Under the pieces are notes generated by a model. It saw only the letters and a program-made list of their open reading frames with translations. It searched no databases and was not told the origin of the DNA. Source: an uncultured bacterium (lineage in GTDB: Bacteria > Patescibacteriota > Doudnabacteria > UBA920). From it: a DNA stretch of 64,000 nt. This document shows, in pieces, positions 19,673 to 29,014 of this stretch (positions are counted from its first letter, which is position 1; every line of letters starts with the position of its first letter). The position numbers and the translations under genes were made by a program. Where the stretch lies: the NCBI GenBank assembly GCA_963749445.1, contig CAVVMJ010000005.1, positions 98,915 through 162,914 on the forward strand, given 5' to 3'.

Positions 19673-19994
19673 GGTGCGCTGCCCCTGGTTGATTTTTTAG
19701 GCGATATTTTATTACCGGTTTCCCATCCTCAAGGCAAAAAAAAAATTCTAAAGTGCCGCGTTTTATAGTAATCTCGTTGCCGGGTTTTACAAGAGAGAGC
19801 TGGATTCGTATTTCTTCAGGGCTCATCCCAAGTTTTTCAGATAAGTCCGGCCGTTCAGCGCCGGGTTTTTTTATATCATGTTTTTTTAAAAGATTTTTAA
19901 CTCCCATGGTCGCGCCTTCCGCGCCAACGATTAGCCCTGCTCCGGCTACTGCGCCTGTTAAGAAATTTCTCCTGTCAATAAGTCTGTCTGGCAT
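19653..19994 (-). CDS. Small protein with a twin-arginine-like N-terminus
   Basis: IDRRNFLTGAVAGAGLIVGA; sits between purN and purD. Confidence 0.65.
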   Translation of the reverse strand: MPDRLIDRRNFLTGAVAGAGLIVGAEGATMGVKNLLKKHDIKKPGAERPDLSEKLGMSPEEIRIQLSLVKPGNEITIKRGTLEFFFCLEDGKPVIKYRLKNQPGAAHHEAKLI

Positions 19995-20064
19995 ATATTT
20001 AGTTGGTTAATTTTAAAAAAAATAAAAAAGTGTAGCAAAAAATTTCGTGACGAGTAAGGTTATT

Positions 20065-20661
20065 TTAAGCGCTTAATTTTTCTATCACTTCCACGTACAG
20101 ATGGTTTTCTTTTTCCTTGAGCCGCCTGTATAACGATTCCACGGTATCACCGGCTTGGATTTTTTCATACGTCCGGCCCAGCACCGGGCCAAAGTCAAAT
20201 TCCAAAGTTAAAAAATGGATGGAGGAACCGGCAAAAGTTGCTTTTTGGCTTAAAAAATTGGCAATAGCTTTGTCGGTGAGCATACCTTTGTTCCAAAGTC
20301 CGATGCTTCCGTCGGGGTTGAGTGTTGTTCCATCCTTCGCGTCCGGAATTAATCCGGGATGAAGATTTAAAATTTTATTCGGAAAAGCCAAAATTACTTC
20401 ATCAAGTATAAATTGTTTCCAACCTGCCAAACAAATGTAATCGGGATTAAGTTTTTTTAACAGCGGCAGCAGGTTTTCTTTTTTTGGGCAGATCTCAACG
20501 GCCAGATTATGTTTTTTGGCGCGTTCCAACCCCGGCGCAACAGCTTTGTCGGAAACCACGGCAACAATCTGCCCGTTAATTTTTCCGGCAGCAATTCCGT
20601 CTATAATTGCCTGCAGGTTGGTGCCGGTGCCGGCGTTGGAAATCAATACCGCAATATTCAT
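20065..20661 (-). CDS. purN: GAR transformylase
   Basis: GTNLQAII, LAGW, NLHPGLIP, FDFGPV. Confidence 0.93.
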   Translation of the reverse strand: MNIAVLISNAGTGTNLQAIIDGIAAGKINGQIVAVVSDKAVAPGLERAKKHNLAVEICPKKENLLPLLKKLNPDYICLAGWKQFILDEVILAFPNKILNLHPGLIPDAKDGTTLNPDGSIGLWNKGMLTDKAIANFLSQKATFAGSSIHFLTLEFDFGPVLGRTYEKIQAGDTVESLYRRLKEKENHLYVEVIEKLSA

Positions 20662-20672
20662 AAATTGATTTT

Positions 20673-20763
20673 TCTACTAAATACTAAAATAACTAAAATA
20701 TTAAACCTGTATTTCGTTATTTTTCGTATTTAGTACATTTAGTATATTTTAGTATTTAGTAGA
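20673..20763. repeat. Empty inverted pair of TACTAAA tandem repeats
   Basis: TCTACTAAATACTAAAATA (20673-20691) with a perfect inverted copy at 20745-20763. Confidence 0.8.
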
Positions 20764-20765
20764 GG

Positions 20766-22190
20766 TTAGAATAACGCGCCTTCCGGTTTTGTCTGCTGGT
20801 AGTTCGGTTCAACCACGTCTTTTTTTCGTTCGCAAATGTCTATGGGGTACTCGCCGGTAAAGCAGGAAGTGCAGAATAAGTCTTGGGGCAGCCCCGTGGA
20901 TTCTATTAATCCTTTTAAAGAAAGATAATATAAAGAAGTGGCGCCCAGGAATTTTTTAATTTCTTCCACGGATTTGGTGGCGGCTATGAGTTTTTTCTGC
21001 ACCGGCGTGTCGATGCCGTAAAAATCGGGAAATTTTACCGGCGGCGAGCTGACCAGAAAATGCACTTCGGAAGCCCCGGCCTCAAACAGCATCTTAACCA
21101 ATTGGCGCGAGGTGGTGCCTCGCACTATGGAATCATCCATCACCACAACTCTTTTGCCTTTTAAGACTTCAGGCAGGGGAGTAAGTTTTAGTTTTACGCC
21201 GAGGTCGCGGCTGTGCTGTTCGGGTTGAATGAACGTGCGGTGGATGTAGCGGTTTTTTACCAACGCCATTTCCATGGGGATGCCCGAGGCGCGGGAATAT
21301 CCGGAAGCCACGGGTACGGCGGTTTCCGGCACGGGCACGATTATATCGGCCTCTATCGGGCATTCTTCAAAAAGTTTCATTCCGCAGTTTTTGCGGACTT
21401 CGTAAACCGACTTGCCCAAAATGTTGCTGTCGGGCCGGGCAAAATAAACAAACTCAAAAATATCCACTTTGGTTTTACTCGGTTCTATTTGCGTTGATTG
21501 TAATCCATCCTTATCAATAATCACCATTTCCCCCGGGAGCACTTCGCGCAAATAATCAGCGCCGACTGTGTGGAAGGCGCAGGTTTCGGAAGCAATCACA
21601 TACCCCGATTTGTTGATGGTGCCTATAGCCAGCGGCCTTATGCCAAACGTGTCACGAACCGCTACTAAAGAATCCTTGGTTAAAATCGTCAAGGCAAAAG
21701 CTCCTGTGAACAGAGGGTAAGCCTTAATAACCGCTTCTTTGATGGATAATCCCTGTTCCAAATAGTAGGCTAAAGCTTTAGCCATAAGCGTGGAGTCGCT
21801 GCAATCGTCCGTCGCGATGTCTTTGCCTTCCAAAAAATCCTTTAGTTTTTTTACGGACGGCAAATTGCCGTTGTGCGCCAAGGCAATTAAATTATCGCCC
21901 GCCAAAATCGGCTGGGCGTGTTTAATATGCGAGCCCTCGGAAGTGGAGTAGCGGTTGTGCCCGATGGCAATGTGGCCTTTGAGGCTTGATATGGTTTCTT
22001 CGCTGTAAACATGAGTGACCAGCCCCATATTTTTGTAGCACTCAATATGGTTGCCGTCCGAGGTGGCAATGCCGGAGCTTTCCTGCCCGCGGTGCTGGAG
22101 CGCGAACAATCCGTAAAACGTCAACCTTGATACATCAAGATTCTTTCCGTAGATGCCAAAGACTCCACATTTTTCGTTAAGATTTTCCAT
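20766..22190 (-). CDS. purF: Amidophosphoribosyltransferase
   Basis: EKCGVFG, QHRGQES, GHNRYST, DDSIVRGTT. Confidence 0.98.
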   Translation of the reverse strand: MENLNEKCGVFGIYGKNLDVSRLTFYGLFALQHRGQESSGIATSDGNHIECYKNMGLVTHVYSEETISSLKGHIAIGHNRYSTSEGSHIKHAQPILAGDNLIALAHNGNLPSVKKLKDFLEGKDIATDDCSDSTLMAKALAYYLEQGLSIKEAVIKAYPLFTGAFALTILTKDSLVAVRDTFGIRPLAIGTINKSGYVIASETCAFHTVGADYLREVLPGEMVIIDKDGLQSTQIEPSKTKVDIFEFVYFARPDSNILGKSVYEVRKNCGMKLFEECPIEADIIVPVPETAVPVASGYSRASGIPMEMALVKNRYIHRTFIQPEQHSRDLGVKLKLTPLPEVLKGKRVVVMDDSIVRGTTSRQLVKMLFEAGASEVHFLVSSPPVKFPDFYGIDTPVQKKLIAATKSVEEIKKFLGATSLYYLSLKGLIESTGLPQDLFCTSCFTGEYPIDICERKKDVVEPNYQQTKPEGALF

Positions 22191-22554
22191 CTTGTAATTT
22201 TTTTTGTTTAACTTGTTCTCTTATCCAGCCTTCAGCCCACCGCAAATATTTTTCGTATTCGGTTTTGCGACTATAACGAGGCAGGTTTAGAGGGATATCC
22301 GCTCTAAAGTCTTGCGACCCTTCGTCCATTATTGAATCTTCTCCTTCCGGGGTTTCGTAGCTGATATGCGGATGGGGTTGCATGCGATAACCTACTTGCC
22401 AGCCTTCTCTCCAGCTTTCATCTTGTAAAGGATCCTTAGCGTACTCTTTGGGCATTTCCCAAGGTTCGTGACCGTTCAGCCCCGCAATAAAACCCTGATG
22501 ATAAATATCATCTAACTCAGCCTCTCTTCTCCCTAAGACTTCAAGTTCGGTCAT
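22177..22554 (-). CDS. Hypothetical protein with two Rmf-like W-x-x-G-W repeats
   Basis: YHQGFIAGLNG...SWREGWQVG and ..RWAEGWIRE; overlaps the purF start. Confidence 0.6.
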   Translation of the reverse strand: MTELEVLGRREAELDDIYHQGFIAGLNGHEPWEMPKEYAKDPLQDESWREGWQVGYRMQPHPHISYETPEGEDSIMDEGSQDFRADIPLNLPRYSRKTEYEKYLRWAEGWIREQVKQKKLQDGKS

Positions 22555-22558
22555 TCGA

Positions 22559-23341
22559 TTATTTAAAATAGTTAACGGCGTTTTTAAAAATTTGCAAACC
22601 GGCGGCGTATTTGGGCAGGGGTTTACCGGCCCTTATCAGTTTCTCTTTTAAAAGTGGCCAGTTGGGGAGTTGGGTAAAGAACATGGCGCGCTCGGGATGG
22701 GGCATAGTGCCCAGGATTTTTCCGTTGGCTGATGTTAACATCGCAATGTCCAGGGTTGAGCCGTTGGGATTAGGCTTCAAGCTCTGATAGCCGCACATTT
22801 CTCCTTTATAGTATACCGCACCAATCATTTTTTGGCTTTTGATGAGTTTTAGCGTTTTATCATCTGCCACAAATTTGCCTTCGCCGTGGGCGATGGGCAG
22901 GGAGAGATGGCAGATTCCATTTAGCCATGGGCTAGTGTCAAGGGTCACCCTTGACACTACATCCACCCAGCGGTCGGTGTAGCGGTTGTTGTCGTTAAAG
23001 GTGAGCACGCCGGGCAACAGGCCAGCTTGGGTAAGGATTTGGAAACCGTTGCAAATTCCTATCACGAGTTTATCTTTGGCGGTAAATTCCAGTAATTGTT
23101 TTTTTAAATGGTTGTTTAATTTGTTGGCGTAAGCTTTGCCGCTGCCCAAATCATCGCCGTAAGCAAATCCTCCGGGAATGGCAAGAATTTGGTAACGCGA
23201 TAATTTTTTTGGCGAATCAATTAAGTCATTAATATGGACAATATCAGCCTCACCTCCCGCAATGTTAAAAGCTGCCGCGGTTTCTTCCTCGCAGTTTAAG
23301 CCGTAGCCGGATAAAATTATTGCTTTGGGAGAAGTTTTCAT
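22559..23341 (-). CDS. purQ: FGAM synthase glutaminase subunit
   Basis: PGGFAYGD, GICNGFQ, AHGEG, MPHPER. Confidence 0.96.
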   Translation of the reverse strand: MKTSPKAIILSGYGLNCEEETAAAFNIAGGEADIVHINDLIDSPKKLSRYQILAIPGGFAYGDDLGSGKAYANKLNNHLKKQLLEFTAKDKLVIGICNGFQILTQAGLLPGVLTFNDNNRYTDRWVDVVSRVTLDTSPWLNGICHLSLPIAHGEGKFVADDKTLKLIKSQKMIGAVYYKGEMCGYQSLKPNPNGSTLDIAMLTSANGKILGTMPHPERAMFFTQLPNWPLLKEKLIRAGKPLPKYAAGLQIFKNAVNYFK

Positions 23342-23350
23342 GAAACTGTA

Positions 23351-23433
23351 TTTACTAACTACTAATCCTTACTAATATACGAATGTGAATTTCTTGGAAT
23401 TAGTATATTAGTAATTAATTAGTAGTTAGTAAA
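23351..23433. repeat. Empty inverted pair of TACTAA tandem repeats
   Basis: TTTACTAACTACTAAT with a perfect inverted copy ATTAGTAGTTAGTAAA. Confidence 0.75.
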
Positions 23434-23434
23434 G

Positions 23435-26400
23435 TTAGTAATCTTTAAACGTTGACCGGTACGCCCTTAATGCGTCCGCGATTTTTAAATTTACAATGAG
23501 TTTTTGATGTTTATCGGTGATTGTTAAAGTAGATTTGGTGGTGGTTTTGCCGATTTTTGCAAAAATATTTTTTCCGGCGGAGCCGGATCCCGCTCCGCGG
23601 GACATCAGGTTTTCAAAAATAGCGATGTTCTGCGACGCCACGCTGACCAAAATTCGCCCTTGGCTTTCGCTAAATAAAGCCTGATAATTTTCCTGCCAGG
23701 AGCCGGGTACATCGGCCAAGCTGATTTCTGCGCCAAGGCCGCCGCCCATAAGTTTTTTAGTTAGCGCTACAATCAGGCCGCCGCCGTTAACGCTTATGGC
23801 CGAGGCGATTAGGTTTTGTCGGTTGGCGTTGAATAAAGTTTTATATAATAAATAGTTTTTGGCGGCGTTGACTTTTGGAACTCCAACCACCCCGTCCGCC
23901 TTCGGCGTCCACCCCTCCTTAAAAAGGAGGGGAGACTGCATTCTGAAGTATTCGCTCCCGCCCATTTCATCATCAGTCGTTCCCAATATATAGAGCGAAT
24001 CGCCCGGCAGTTTGGCGTCCAGCGAAACGGTTTTGGCCGCGTCCGGCACCACGCCGATGGCGGAAATCAAAAGCGTGGGCGGAATGGAAATTTTTAGCGG
24101 CTTTCCATCATCGGAAAATCCTTTAAAGTCGTTATACATACTGTCTTTGCCGGAAATAAACGGCGTGCCGTACGCGGTGGCGACGTCGTAGCAGGCGCGC
24201 GCCGCTTGTTTTAACTGCCATAAACGGCCGGGGTCTTCCGGACTGCACCAGCAAAAATTATCCAATAAAGCCAAATAATCAATGTCAGCTCCGGCGGCCA
24301 CGGCCGCGCGAACGGCCGAATCAATGGCAGAAGCGGCCATATTGTAGGGGTTAAGCTCGCTGTAAGACGGATGCAAGCCGTAAGAAAGCACCACGCCTTT
24401 TGGGGAAGTTAAAAGCGGGCGGGTAACCGTGGCCTGGGCGCTAATTTTGCCGCGGCCTTGCAGCGGTTTTAATACAGAGCCGCCTTGGACTTCGTGGTCG
24501 TATTGGGTGTTGATAAAATTGGTGGAGGCTAGGTTGGGGCGGGATAATAATTTAAAAATTAAAGATTGAAGATTGAAGGATTTGGGGATTGCCGATGATC
24601 TTGCATTTTGTGATTTGGGTTTTTGTGTTTTTTGATTTTTAATCGGTCGGCCGTTGTGTAAAAATTCCAAATCCATATCCAGCACAGTCTGTTTTTTGAA
24701 TTTAATCAGGCATCTGCCGCTATCGGTAAATTTACCGATGACCGTAGTCTCTACCCCTCTTTTTTTCATCAGCTGTTGTAATTTTGCCAAACGCTTTGGC
24801 GGCACGGCCAAAACCATTCGCTCCTGGGATTCGGAAATCCAAATTTGCCAGGGCGCGAGGCCGGGATATTTTAAGCGGAACTTTATCCAGAAAGACTTCG
24901 CAGCCGCCCCTCGACTTCGCTCGGGACGACCCTGTCGGGTCGTTTGCAGCTTGGGCCATTTCGCCGACCGCTGATGATAATCCTCCGGCGCCACAGTCAG
25001 TTATTGAAGAATATAAATCTAAGTTCCGCGCTTCTTTAGCCAGTGCGTCGCTGAATTTTTTTTGCGTTATCGGGTCGCCAATCTGCACGGCCGTGGCCGG
25101 GCTGTTTTTGTCCAAGTCCTTCAGAAGCAAAAGTCGCGCCGTGGATGCCGTCGGCCCCGACTCTGCCGCCCACCATCACAATCAAATCCCCGGCTTTGGT
25201 TTGTTTAATGTGGCCGGATTTGCCGTTAATCAGCCGGGGAATTAATCCCACGGTGCCGGCAAACACCAAAGGTTTGCCGCGGAAGCGCGGGTCAAAATAT
25301 ACAAATCCGGAATTGGTGGGAATGCCGCTTTGGTTGCCGCCTGAGTTAATGCCGGAAATTACGCCGTCCATTATGCGGCGGGAGGAGAGCATCTTGTTGT
25401 CCGATGTAGCGGCATGCCTTGGCATGCCGTCATCATTAGGCACGCCACGGCGTGCCTCTACAGGGTTAGATCGATATAATTCTGTTTTATCGTTCGGGTC
25501 GGCAAAGCAAAAACCGTAAGTATTAATAATCGGTTTTGCCCCCAAACCAAACCCTAAACAGTCGCGGTTGACTCCCACAATTCCGGTAATGGCGCCGCCG
25601 AACGGGTCAAGCGCCGAAGGCGTGTTATGGGTCTCCACTTTGTGGGTGATTAAATAATCGCGGTCAAAAATTATTCCGCCAGCGTTGTCGGTAAATACGG
25701 AGACGCAGAAGTCGTTACGTTTTTTTTGTTGCCGGATGGTTTCCGTGGCCCCCTTAATGTAGGTTTTATAGATGCCTTTTTCCAGCTCGTCCATCGGGTC
25801 GGCAAAAATGGTGTGTTTGCAGTGTTCCGTCCAGGTTTGCGCCAAAGTTTCCAGTTCCACGTCCGTGGGCTTCCGGTTTAGTTTGTTAAAATATTCGCGG
25901 ATGACTTTTAATTCTTCCAGCCCCAACGCCAGCGGCCCGCGCCTTTTCGCAGAAACTGCGAGTGCAGCCGAAGCAGTCCCGTTATTTTTTGATGGGATTG
26001 CTTCGTCGGATGCACTCCTCGCAATTTCCGGTTTTTTTTGGCGTTCCTCTATCCCCAATTTCCCCAGCTTTATCAGCTCCTCATCCGCAATATTCAAATC
26101 CACCCTGCTGACTTTGGCCGAGGCGGCAAGCTTGACTTTGGGCGCGACCATATCCATGCCGCCGTCTTTTTTAAAATCATCAAAACTTTTTACTGCCGCG
26201 CGTTGGATGAGCGGGTTGTAAAGGCTATTGGCGATTTTTTGGATATCCGCGGCTTGCCCGCCGAAGCCTTGGCGTAGGCGGGGGCTTCCCCTCCTTTTTA
26301 AGGAGGGGTGTCCTGCGGAGCGGGACGGGGTGGTTGGAGTATAAAAAGAAATAAAAAAGACCTGAGACGAATAAACATCCTGCCCCGGCTTGAATTTTAT

Positions 26401-26715
26401 TTTCGCCCCGTCTTGCAAAGTTTCTTTGGCCGTGCGGCCAATGTTGTCCGTGACCCCGGGCAGAAAACCGATTTCCACGGCAAAATTAAAATTCCGCGGC
26501 GCCTTTAAAGCGGTGTCCGCGGATTCTGCAAGAGGATTGGCCAACAGCGTTTTGGCTTTTTGGATTTGTTTTTGGTTTAGGCGCGCGTCAATCGTATAGC
26601 AGTCCGCCAGATACACCGCCCCCAGTTTGTTTTTTAGCCCCAGCGCCTCAAACTGCTTTTTTTTGACTTTGGCCCGGGCGTCGGGGATGGTGGACTTTAC
26701 GTAAATGCGATGCAT
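23435..26715 (-). CDS. purL: FGAM synthase PurL with a PurS-like N-terminus; two apparent +1 frameshifts (~25117, ~24870) and about six in-frame palindromic inserts
   Basis: QTWTEHCKH, KVETHN, DGIHGATF, DCGAGGLSS, SESQERM, QYDHEV and ISGKDS, spread over three reading frames. Confidence 0.93.
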
Positions 26716-26760
26716 TGAGAGATTTGAGATTTATGATTTTAGATTTCAGATTGGAATAAG

Positions 26761-26860
26761 TTGATGGGCATCTTCGAGTTTGTGGCATAGTCGGCGGTTA
26801 AAGACGCCTCCATCAATAAAAACAACTAAACTGATAAAGTCGCTAGAAGATGCCCATCAA
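26761..26860. mobile_element. 100-bp MITE-like element, copy 1
   Basis: Perfect 15-bp TIR TTGATGGGCATCTTC / GAAGATGCCCATCAA. Confidence 0.65.
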
Positions 26861-26881
26861 TCATCCGCAGTGGGCGAAAAA

Positions 26882-26910
26882 CAAAAAAATCTTCCAAAGA
26901 CCGGGAAGAA
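26882..26910 (-). terminator. Terminator/attenuator hairpin in the pur leader
   Basis: Minus strand TCTTCC-CGGTCTTT-GGAAGA followed by a T run. Confidence 0.5.
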
Positions 26911-27058
26911 AATGTGAGCAGGGAATTGGTTGTAAGTTGTGGCGGCTAGTGTGGTAATAAGGTAATAGTGGTAAGTACTTATGCCTTATAACCTAATCTC
27001 AAACAGGCTGCCATGACTTATACCTTTTAACTCTCTATTTGCGGTGTCTTCCACCTGC

Positions 27059-27087
27059 AGTTTAGCAATAAAAAACCGGGTTGTCAA
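27059..27087 (-). promoter_or_regulatory. Sigma70-type promoter of the pur operon
   Basis: TTGACA-17bp-TAAACT with an extended TG. Confidence 0.6.
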
Positions 27088-27089
27088 AA

Positions 27090-27530
27090 AAAATAGATCC
27101 CCGGAGAAGGATCTTTCTGACTGAAGGTTTTTTGGGGGTTTTGAGGTCCATTTTGAGGTCCATGTCGTCTGGTATTAGGCGGGAAAAGATCCTCTCCGGG
27201 GTTGCTCGGCGGCTGTGTCACCATTGGGGGTGTCAGCCGCCTTGATGTATGGCGTTCATCCGGTCGGTCGTCAGCCGGCCGGGAAAAATTTAAAGGCCTC
27301 CTTTTGTTTGGCTCGCTCCTGGCAGCGAGCGTCGCGCGGAATACTGGCCGCGCCCTAGTTAGCCGGATCCAGGCTGTCCGGCCCTATCATCACCTCGGTC
27401 TTCTTACCTCCCGGGTTTGCCGGCGATTGCCGGAATGCGGTCGGCCTCTATGGATAACGGCCGAGCCGCGTTGCATCTTCCTGGCCACGCCGGGCCGGAA
27501 GGAGTTAGACAAATACTTTACTGATTGCAT
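27090..27530 (-). ncRNA. Candidate structured non-coding RNA
   Basis: Promoter TTGACT-17-TATAAT (27567-27539), a run of about 8 GC-rich hairpins, and a terminal GATCCTTCTCCGGGGATC + T-run terminator; no convincing ORF. Confidence 0.5.
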
Positions 27531-27656
27531 TAATCAAAATTATAAAGATGAGAAATGATTTAGTCAATTTTTATCGAATTTTGTAACAAATCGTCTGGGT
27601 GTGTTATAGTTAAAAAATCAGGTTTGCCTGAAAATTTACGGGAGGACAATTAAAGG

Positions 27657-27770
27657 ATGATAAGGCTTTTACTTGAGCGGGTTGCTGACCCATTGCTTAA
27701 CGTTGGCGTTTGGGTTATCGACAACCCGTTTTTGGCGTATTTGGCGAGATTATTTTCACGCCGTTCTTAG
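27657..27770 (+). CDS. 37-aa amphipathic small protein
   Basis: MIRLLLERVADPLLNVGVWVIDNPFLAYLARLFSRRS; GGAGG upstream; terminator at 27793-27823. Confidence 0.5.
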   Translation: MIRLLLERVADPLLNVGVWVIDNPFLAYLARLFSRRS

Positions 27771-27998
27771 CGCCATCATCAGAAGCACCAAAGAACGCCG
27801 GGTTGCACAGTAATCCGGCGTTTCAAAATTAATAGGACAAATAGGACAAATAGGACAGATAAGGCAAAATAAAAACGCTTTTTAGGCGGGAATAAAATTT
27901 AGAAAAAGGGGACCGGAAGGGAGTCCCGCGAGAAGCTGAGTCTTAACTGTACTCGAAACTTCTGCAAAAGAGTCCCTTCCGATCGGCGCTGCCGAGCT

Positions 27999-28472
27999 TC
28001 AACCTGTGGCGTTGCCGGTGCGTGTCCCCGCAAGGATGTCGCCCAAGTAGACGACCTCCGGCGGGGGCGCTGCGGTTGCAGCGCTATTGTTCGCCGTCAA
28101 CGCGCCAGTCCAGCTAATGGCCGCGGCCGCACCTCCGGCGGTTACAACGTTGAGAGCGGCCTGCGTGTAGGTAATTGCGGCGGCCGTTGCAGACGAGGTA
28201 GCATTGGCCGTCAAGTTGCGATTGTCCACGCTATTGACCAGGTCGCCGGTCAAGGAAGCGTTGAGAGTCACCGCCGCGACCAGTTGGGCCGGAGGCGATG
28301 GAGTTTCCATCACGTTGAGCACTATGCCAGAGTCGAATCCCGCTTGTTCGGTGATGAGCGGGAACAACTGTTGCGTAGTCAGCGAAGCTGCGGGAGGAGA
28401 AACGTTTGCCATGGCGAACCCCGCGAACAGGGTCAGTACGGCTAACGCCATGATCCATGTACGGAAATTCAT
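27999..28472 (-). CDS. Secreted Ala/Thr-rich protein resembling a shortened Acidobacteria surface protein
   Basis: MNFRTWIMALAVLTLFAGFAMA signal; LFPLITEQAGFDSGI motif; SD AAGGAG. Confidence 0.7.
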   Translation of the reverse strand: MNFRTWIMALAVLTLFAGFAMANVSPPAASLTTQQLFPLITEQAGFDSGIVLNVMETPSPPAQLVAAVTLNASLTGDLVNSVDNRNLTANATSSATAAAITYTQAALNVVTAGGAAAAISWTGALTANNSAATAAPPPEVVYLGDILAGTRTGNATG

Positions 28473-28915
28473 CAGTTCTCCTTGTGATTGTGATCCCTTC
28501 CCTGGAAGGGCTGCGTTACCTATGACAGTCGTCATTACGGGGAAAGAGTCCCGTCGATCTGCTGTACCAGGATACATGATAGGCCCGAAATTTATCTACG
28601 GAAATTTGAGTAGCTAAACTTGGGGCTTATCACGGTATGATATTTGTAAACTTGTCTTAATAATAACTTTTTAAAAAAGTTTGTCAAATAAAAAGGCCGG
28701 GAAACGTGGCCTGCGCTTGGAGGTAACATGTCGTTGGAAAGACAGCGCAAACCCCGTTTCCCGGGTGGAGTAGGAGTTATCTGGCGATGAAGAATGTGCC
28801 AGTATAAAAACAATATGAATCCTCCGATTCAAGTTACAGGAGCCCCGCGGCCCCGGTGATGCATTACTGCGTTGGCTTCGGGAATCCGAAGCCGCGGGGT
28901 CCCAAGCCTTGTTGC

Positions 28916-29014
28916 CTACGGAGCGTTGTTGGTGGTGGCGACCGTTCGCTTCATCTGATTGTTGTTCCGAGCATCGTTGGGCGCCGTGACGGCGCCGGTG
29001 GTCTTGGTATTCAT
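28916..29014 (-). CDS. 32-aa small peptide
   Basis: MNTKTTGAVTAPNDARNNNQMKRTVATTNNAP; SD GAGGA; TTGACA near 29097; downstream hairpins. Confidence 0.4.
   Translation of the reverse strand: MNTKTTGAVTAPNDARNNNQMKRTVATTNNAP

Noticed and set aside
24860-25125. Programmed frameshifting or pseudogenisation of purL
   Set aside because: Both breaks are single extra bases (one in an A run) in otherwise intact motifs; sequencing indels are more likely.
26990-27065. ZTP or c-di-GMP-I riboswitch before pur
   Set aside because: Only fragments resemble them (GGTGG..CACC; GCAAA..ATGGCAGCC); the core conserved elements are missing.
27090-27530. RNase P RNA, tmRNA, SRP RNA or retron msr-msd
   Set aside because: No GAGGAAAGUCC, no tRNA-like ends, no SRP loop, and no reverse transcriptase in the window.
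27202-27558. 118-aa plus-strand ORF, and the many antisense ORFs in the track (e.g. 58469-59311, 9047-9730)
   Set aside because: Shadow frames of GC-rich or repetitive sequence, with no motifs or start signals.
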